From: Ranitomeya imitator
Lineage: Eukaryota
Direction: 5' to 3'
Length of the DNA: 64,000 nucleotides
Assembly: GCF_032444005.1 (NCBI RefSeq)
Contig: NC_091288.1
Coordinates: 203,608,001-203,672,000 of the forward strand
Numbering within the stretch: the first letter of the stretch is position 1; each line of letters begins with the position of its first letter. Of this stretch, positions 59,710 through 64,000 are shown in pieces. The position numbers and the translations under genes are program-made. The notes below the pieces were generated by a model that saw nothing but the letters and a program-made list of their open reading frames with translations, was not told the origin of the DNA and did not search any database.

Positions 59710-61932
59710 ACGGGGTGTTCCCGATATACTGCAGGTCTTCTGGGGTATTCCTGGTATACGGCAGGTCTTGTGGGGTGTTCCTGGTATACGGCAGGTTTTG
59801 TGGGGTGTTCCTGGTATACGGCAGGTCTTGTGGGGTGTTCCTGGTATACGGCAGGTCTTGTGGGGTGTTCCCTGTATACCTCAGGTCTTGTGGGGTGTTC
59901 CCTGTATACGGCAGGTCTTGTGGGGTGATCCCTGTATACGGCAGGTCTTGTGGGGTATTCCTGGTATACGGCAGGTCTTGTGGGGTGTTCCCGGTATATG
60001 GCAGGTCTTGTGGGGTGTTCCCTGTATACGGCAGGTCTTGTGGGGTGTTCCTGGTATATGGCAGGTCTTGTGGGGTGTTCCCTGTATACGGCGGGTCTTG
60101 TGGGGTGTTCCCTATATAGGGCAGGTCTTGTGGGGTCTTCCCGGTATACAGGTCTTGTGGCGTGTTCCCAGTATTCGGCAGGTCTTGTAGGGTGTTCCCA
60201 GTATTCGGCAGGTCTTGTGGGGTGTTCCTGGTATACGGCAGGTCTTGTGGGGTGTTCCTGGTATACGGCAGGTCTTGTGGGGTGTTCCCGGTATACGGCA
60301 GGTCTTGTGGGGTGTTCCTGGTATACGCCGGATCTATTGGGGTGTTCCTAGTATAAGGCAGGTCTTTGGGGTGTTCCCGGTATACGGCAGGTCTTGTGGG
60401 GTGTTCCCGGTATACGGCAGGTCTTGTGGGGTATTCCCGGTATACGGCAGATCTTGTGGGGTGTTCCCGGTATACGGCAGGTCTTGTGGGGTGTTCCCTG
60501 TAGACGGCAGGTCTTGTGGGGTATTCCCGGTATACGGCAGGTCTTGTGGGGTGTTCCCGGTATACGGCAGGTCTTGTGGGGTGTTCCCGGTATACGGCAG
60601 GTCTTGTGGAGTGTTCCTGGTATACGGCAGGTCTTGTGGGGTGTTCCTGGTATACGCCGGATCTTTTGGGGTGTTCCTAGTATAAGGCAGGTCTTTGGGG
60701 TGTTCCCTGTAGACGGCAGGTCTTGTGGGGTGTTCCCGGTATACGGCAGGTCTTGTGGGGTGTTCCCGGTATACGGCAGGTCTTGTGGGGTGTTCCCGGT
60801 ATACGGCAGGTCTTGTGGGGTGTTCCCGGTATACGGCAGGTCTTGTGGGGTGTTCCCTGTATACCTCAGGTCTTGTGGGGTGTTCCCTGTATACGGCAGG
60901 TCTTGTGGGGTGATCCCTGTATACGGCAGGTCTTCTGGGGTATTCCTGGTATACGGCAGGTCTTGTGGGGTGTTCCCGGTATATGGCAGGTCTTGTGGGG
61001 TGTTCCCTGTATACGGCAGGTCTTGTGGGGTGTTCCTGGTATATGGCAGGTCTTGTGGGGTGTTCCCTGTATACGGCGGGTCTTGTGGGGTGTTCCCTGT
61101 ATACGGCAGGTCTTGTGGGGTCTTCCCGGTATACAGGTCTTGTGGAGTGTTCCCAGTATTCGGCAGGTCTTGTAGGGTGTTCCCAGTATTCGGCAGGTCT
61201 TGTGGGGTGTTCCTGGTATACGGCAGGTCTTGTGGGGTGTTCCTGGTATACGGCAGGTCTTGTGGGGTGTTCCCGGTATACGGCAGGTCTTGTGGGGTGT
61301 TCCTGGTATACGCCGGATCTATTGGGGTGTTCCTAGTATAAGGCAGGTCTTTGGGGTGTTCCCGGTATACGGCAGGTCTTGTGGGGTGTTCCCGGTATAC
61401 GGCAGGTCTTGTGGGGTATTCCCGGTATACGGCAGATCTTGTGGGGTGTTCCCGGTATACGGCAGGTCTTGTGGGGTGTTCCCTGTAGACGGCAGGTCTT
61501 GTGGGGTATTCCCGGTATACGGCAGGTCTTGTGGGGTGTTCCCGGTATACGGCAGGTCTTGTGGGGTGTTCCCGGTATACGGCAGGTCTTGTGGAGTGTT
61601 CCTGGTATACGGCAGGTCTTGTGGGGTGTTCCTGGTATACGCCGGATCTTTTGGGGTGTTCCTAGTATAAGGCAGGTCTTTGGGGTGTTCCCTGTAGACG
61701 GCAGGTCTTGTGGGGTGTTCCCGGTATACGGCAGGTCTTGTGGGGTGTTCCCGGTATACGGCAGGTCTTGTGGGGTGTTCCCGGTATACGGCAGGTCTTG
61801 TGGGGTGTTCCCGGTATACGGCAGGTCTTGTGGGGTGTTCCTGGTATACGCCGGATCTTTTGGGGTGTTCCTAGTATAAGGCAGGTCTTTGGGGTGTTCC
61901 CGGTATACGGCAGGTCTTGTGGGGGGTTCTAG
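59710..61932. repeat. 30-bp minisatellite (GGCAGGTCTTGTGGGGTGTTCCCGGTATAC)n with a 985-bp higher-order duplication
   Basis: 10-aa period in the repeat ORFs. Identical 156-aa ORFs at 60215 and 61200. Confidence 0.95.
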
Positions 61933-63038
61933 GTATTTGATTGGATTTGTGGAGTCATTTCAGTATATAGCTTGTTTTGTGAATTGTTTCCGTTCATATC
62001 TATCAAAAATCGTCCAAGGAAGGAGAACCAGAGAACTTGGGACAGGGGCATGGAAGACCAAGCAAGGTTTATTATTTTGCAAGGGGTGGCAATTCCCTTG
62101 AGTTCCTGTGTGTTCGCCCCTTAATGTAATAATAAGGATTAGTAAATCCAGTGTCTTCTGGAGACATATGGGAACCTATACACACACGTCCTGTCCTTTT
62201 CACTATGGACACATGCAGTTCACACATGAGACATAAATATTTACGTGACGCGTTTCGCAGCCCATGATCTGTCTATACACCAGTTTACACAGTCATGCTG
62301 CTGCGCCTGCATGCAGACGTTTGACAGATGTGCCTGTTCACTACCACGATGTGGCGATGCCAGCACAGCCCAGTGGCACACGGCGCGCCGGAGGCAGCAG
62401 GCACAAAGCAAACTATTGCGTTTGAGTCACAGCAGGAGCTACGTGGCCTGAACTAGATGGGTTTGGAGATCACATTACAGAAGTGGCAGCGCTGCAGCCG
62501 GCTCAGTGTGGGGTCACAGTGAGAGTGACAGAACGATTTGTTGCCGCCTAAGGCACACTGACAGGTCCTGTGCTGGCACCGCTCCGGTCTACAGCTGGCA
62601 GCATGTTCCTGCGCGCTGCCTTAAAGGGACATTCAACTTTACTAACCTATGATTTGTATGTTTTCACAAGGGGATTAATTTGCTTCAATTTACCTTTTAC
62701 ATGGTGGCTGCATGCAAATGCAAAATATCAGTTAATTCTCCAATGGGCCTTCCCTAAATTCTGGAAATGTCGTGACTCTGGCTGTAGACCTTACCTAACC
62801 GTCCCGTACGAGCCTTGAGCGCAGCTCATTTCTTCAGTGAAGCCTATTGTTTTCGGTCTACAGCTCCAATGCAGACTTATGTGTCTCCATGGTAACAGAC
62901 TACAAACAAACCCTGATTGTGTATTCTGTAGTCCTACTCTCCTCCATGGGCGACGCATGAATATGGTGATGATTTATGATCCACGCGCGTCTGGTTTTAT
63001 CATTTTTGCACAGTAACGTCTTTGTTTTGTTTTTTCAG

Positions 63039-63125
63039 GACGCACAGGGTCACGACAACAATAAAGATTCTCGTGTGGTCTGGACCAATTCCAGCAGCCA
63101 CCTCCTAACATCAGGATTCAACCAG
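63039..63125 (+). CDS. CORO7: CORO7 exon 8 (87 nt)
   Basis: DAQGHDNNKDSRVVWTNSSSHLLTSGFNQ, AG/GT bounded, phase 0. Confidence 0.93.
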
Positions 63126-63587
63126 GTAGCGTACGCCCCGAGGGGCCACAAATCCCCTGTATGCATTGTCTGTTTCCTAGGAAGGTGATGCTTTTTCGAT
63201 GCAAGTCACGGGTCACATAAATGCACCATTGCTTTATAACCTTCCATAATCCGTGAGCAGCCGGTGGGACCAGTTACCGTGGACCAATATGTAACCTTAT
63301 AGCTTCACTTCTCTGTTTATTTTTTTTTTTTCAGGTTTCTTTTTTTTTTTCTGCAACATTTAGAAGCTATAGCTTTGAGTTCTTGGGCCAGAAACTATTA
63401 GAAAAAGGTTATGTTGTACAATGGAGTCTGTGGGGGTTGTCGTAGATAGCGAGGGACACAAAAAAGCCTTGGACGCCCGCCAGTTGGCCAGCCCTCCTTT
63501 GGACAAACTTTATATATTGTATCCCAGGGAATTGCAGTTCTGCTGCAGAGCGTTTGACACTTGTTCATCTGTATCAAACAATACATA

Positions 63588-64000
63588 CAGTGGGGAAAAT
63601 AAGTATTTCATACACTGCCGATTTAGCAAATTTTCCCACCTGCAAAAAATGGAGAGGTCTGTAACTTTTATCGTACGTACACCTTACCTGAGGGAAACAG
63701 AATCTAAAAAAAAAATCCAGAAAATCACATTGTAAGAATTTTACATAATTAATTTGCATGTATTGCATGAAATAAGTATTTGATATAATGGAAAAACAGA
63801 ACTTATTATTTGGTACAGAAACCTTTGTTTGCAATTACAGAGGTCAGACATTTCCTGTAGTTCTTGACCATCTTCACACACACACTGCAGCAGGGATTTT
63901 GGCCCCCTCCTCCATACAGAATTTCTCTAGCTCTTTCAGGTTTCGGGGCTGTCCCTGAGCAACATTGAGTTTCAGCTCCCTACAAAGATTTTCTATTGGG
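63588..64000 (-). mobile_element. Tc1 element of the same family as 36181, running off the window
   Basis: TA + CAGTGGGGAAAATAAGTATTT TIR, colinear with 36181-36560. Confidence 0.9.

Noticed and set aside
59597-61932. Many repetitive ORFs (VLWGVPGIRQ)n
   Set aside because: Translations of the 30-bp minisatellite, with no splice or homology support.
50942-63038. Nested VASN gene (in mammals it lies antisense in a CORO7 intron)
   Set aside because: No leucine-rich-repeat ORF on the minus strand. If conserved, it should lie in a later intron beyond the window.

Overview
Vertebrate, almost certainly anuran (frog), nuclear DNA; the taxon is inferred from the repeat families and protein similarity. 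Three spliced genes were reconstructed by hand from splice sites and protein homology. ECI1 lies on the minus strand (exons 1-6, 10419 to 4600; the last exon is not in the window). DNAJA3/Tid1 lies on the minus strand and is complete (12 exons, 26514 to 16971), with both the long and short C-terminal forms. CORO7 lies on the plus strand (exons 1-8, 31911 to 63125, continuing beyond the window), head-to-head with DNAJA3. The first 4.25 kb is an apparently intact DIRS1-like tyrosine-recombinase retrotransposon in the last ECI1 intron. Its gag appears to be split by a 59-nt spliceosomal intron, and its recombinase ORF, missed by the ORF track, overlaps pol by about 960 nt. The rest is dense with TTAA-type (T2/Kolobok-like) and TWA-type (PIF/Harbinger-like) MITEs, Tc1 relics, L2/SINE fragments, a probable solo LTR, a Penelope-like direct/inverted insertion and at least seven minisatellite arrays. 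Most long ORFs in the supplied track are repeat artefacts. No tRNA, rRNA or CRISPR array was supportable. Repeat-family names are recalled, not database-checked.
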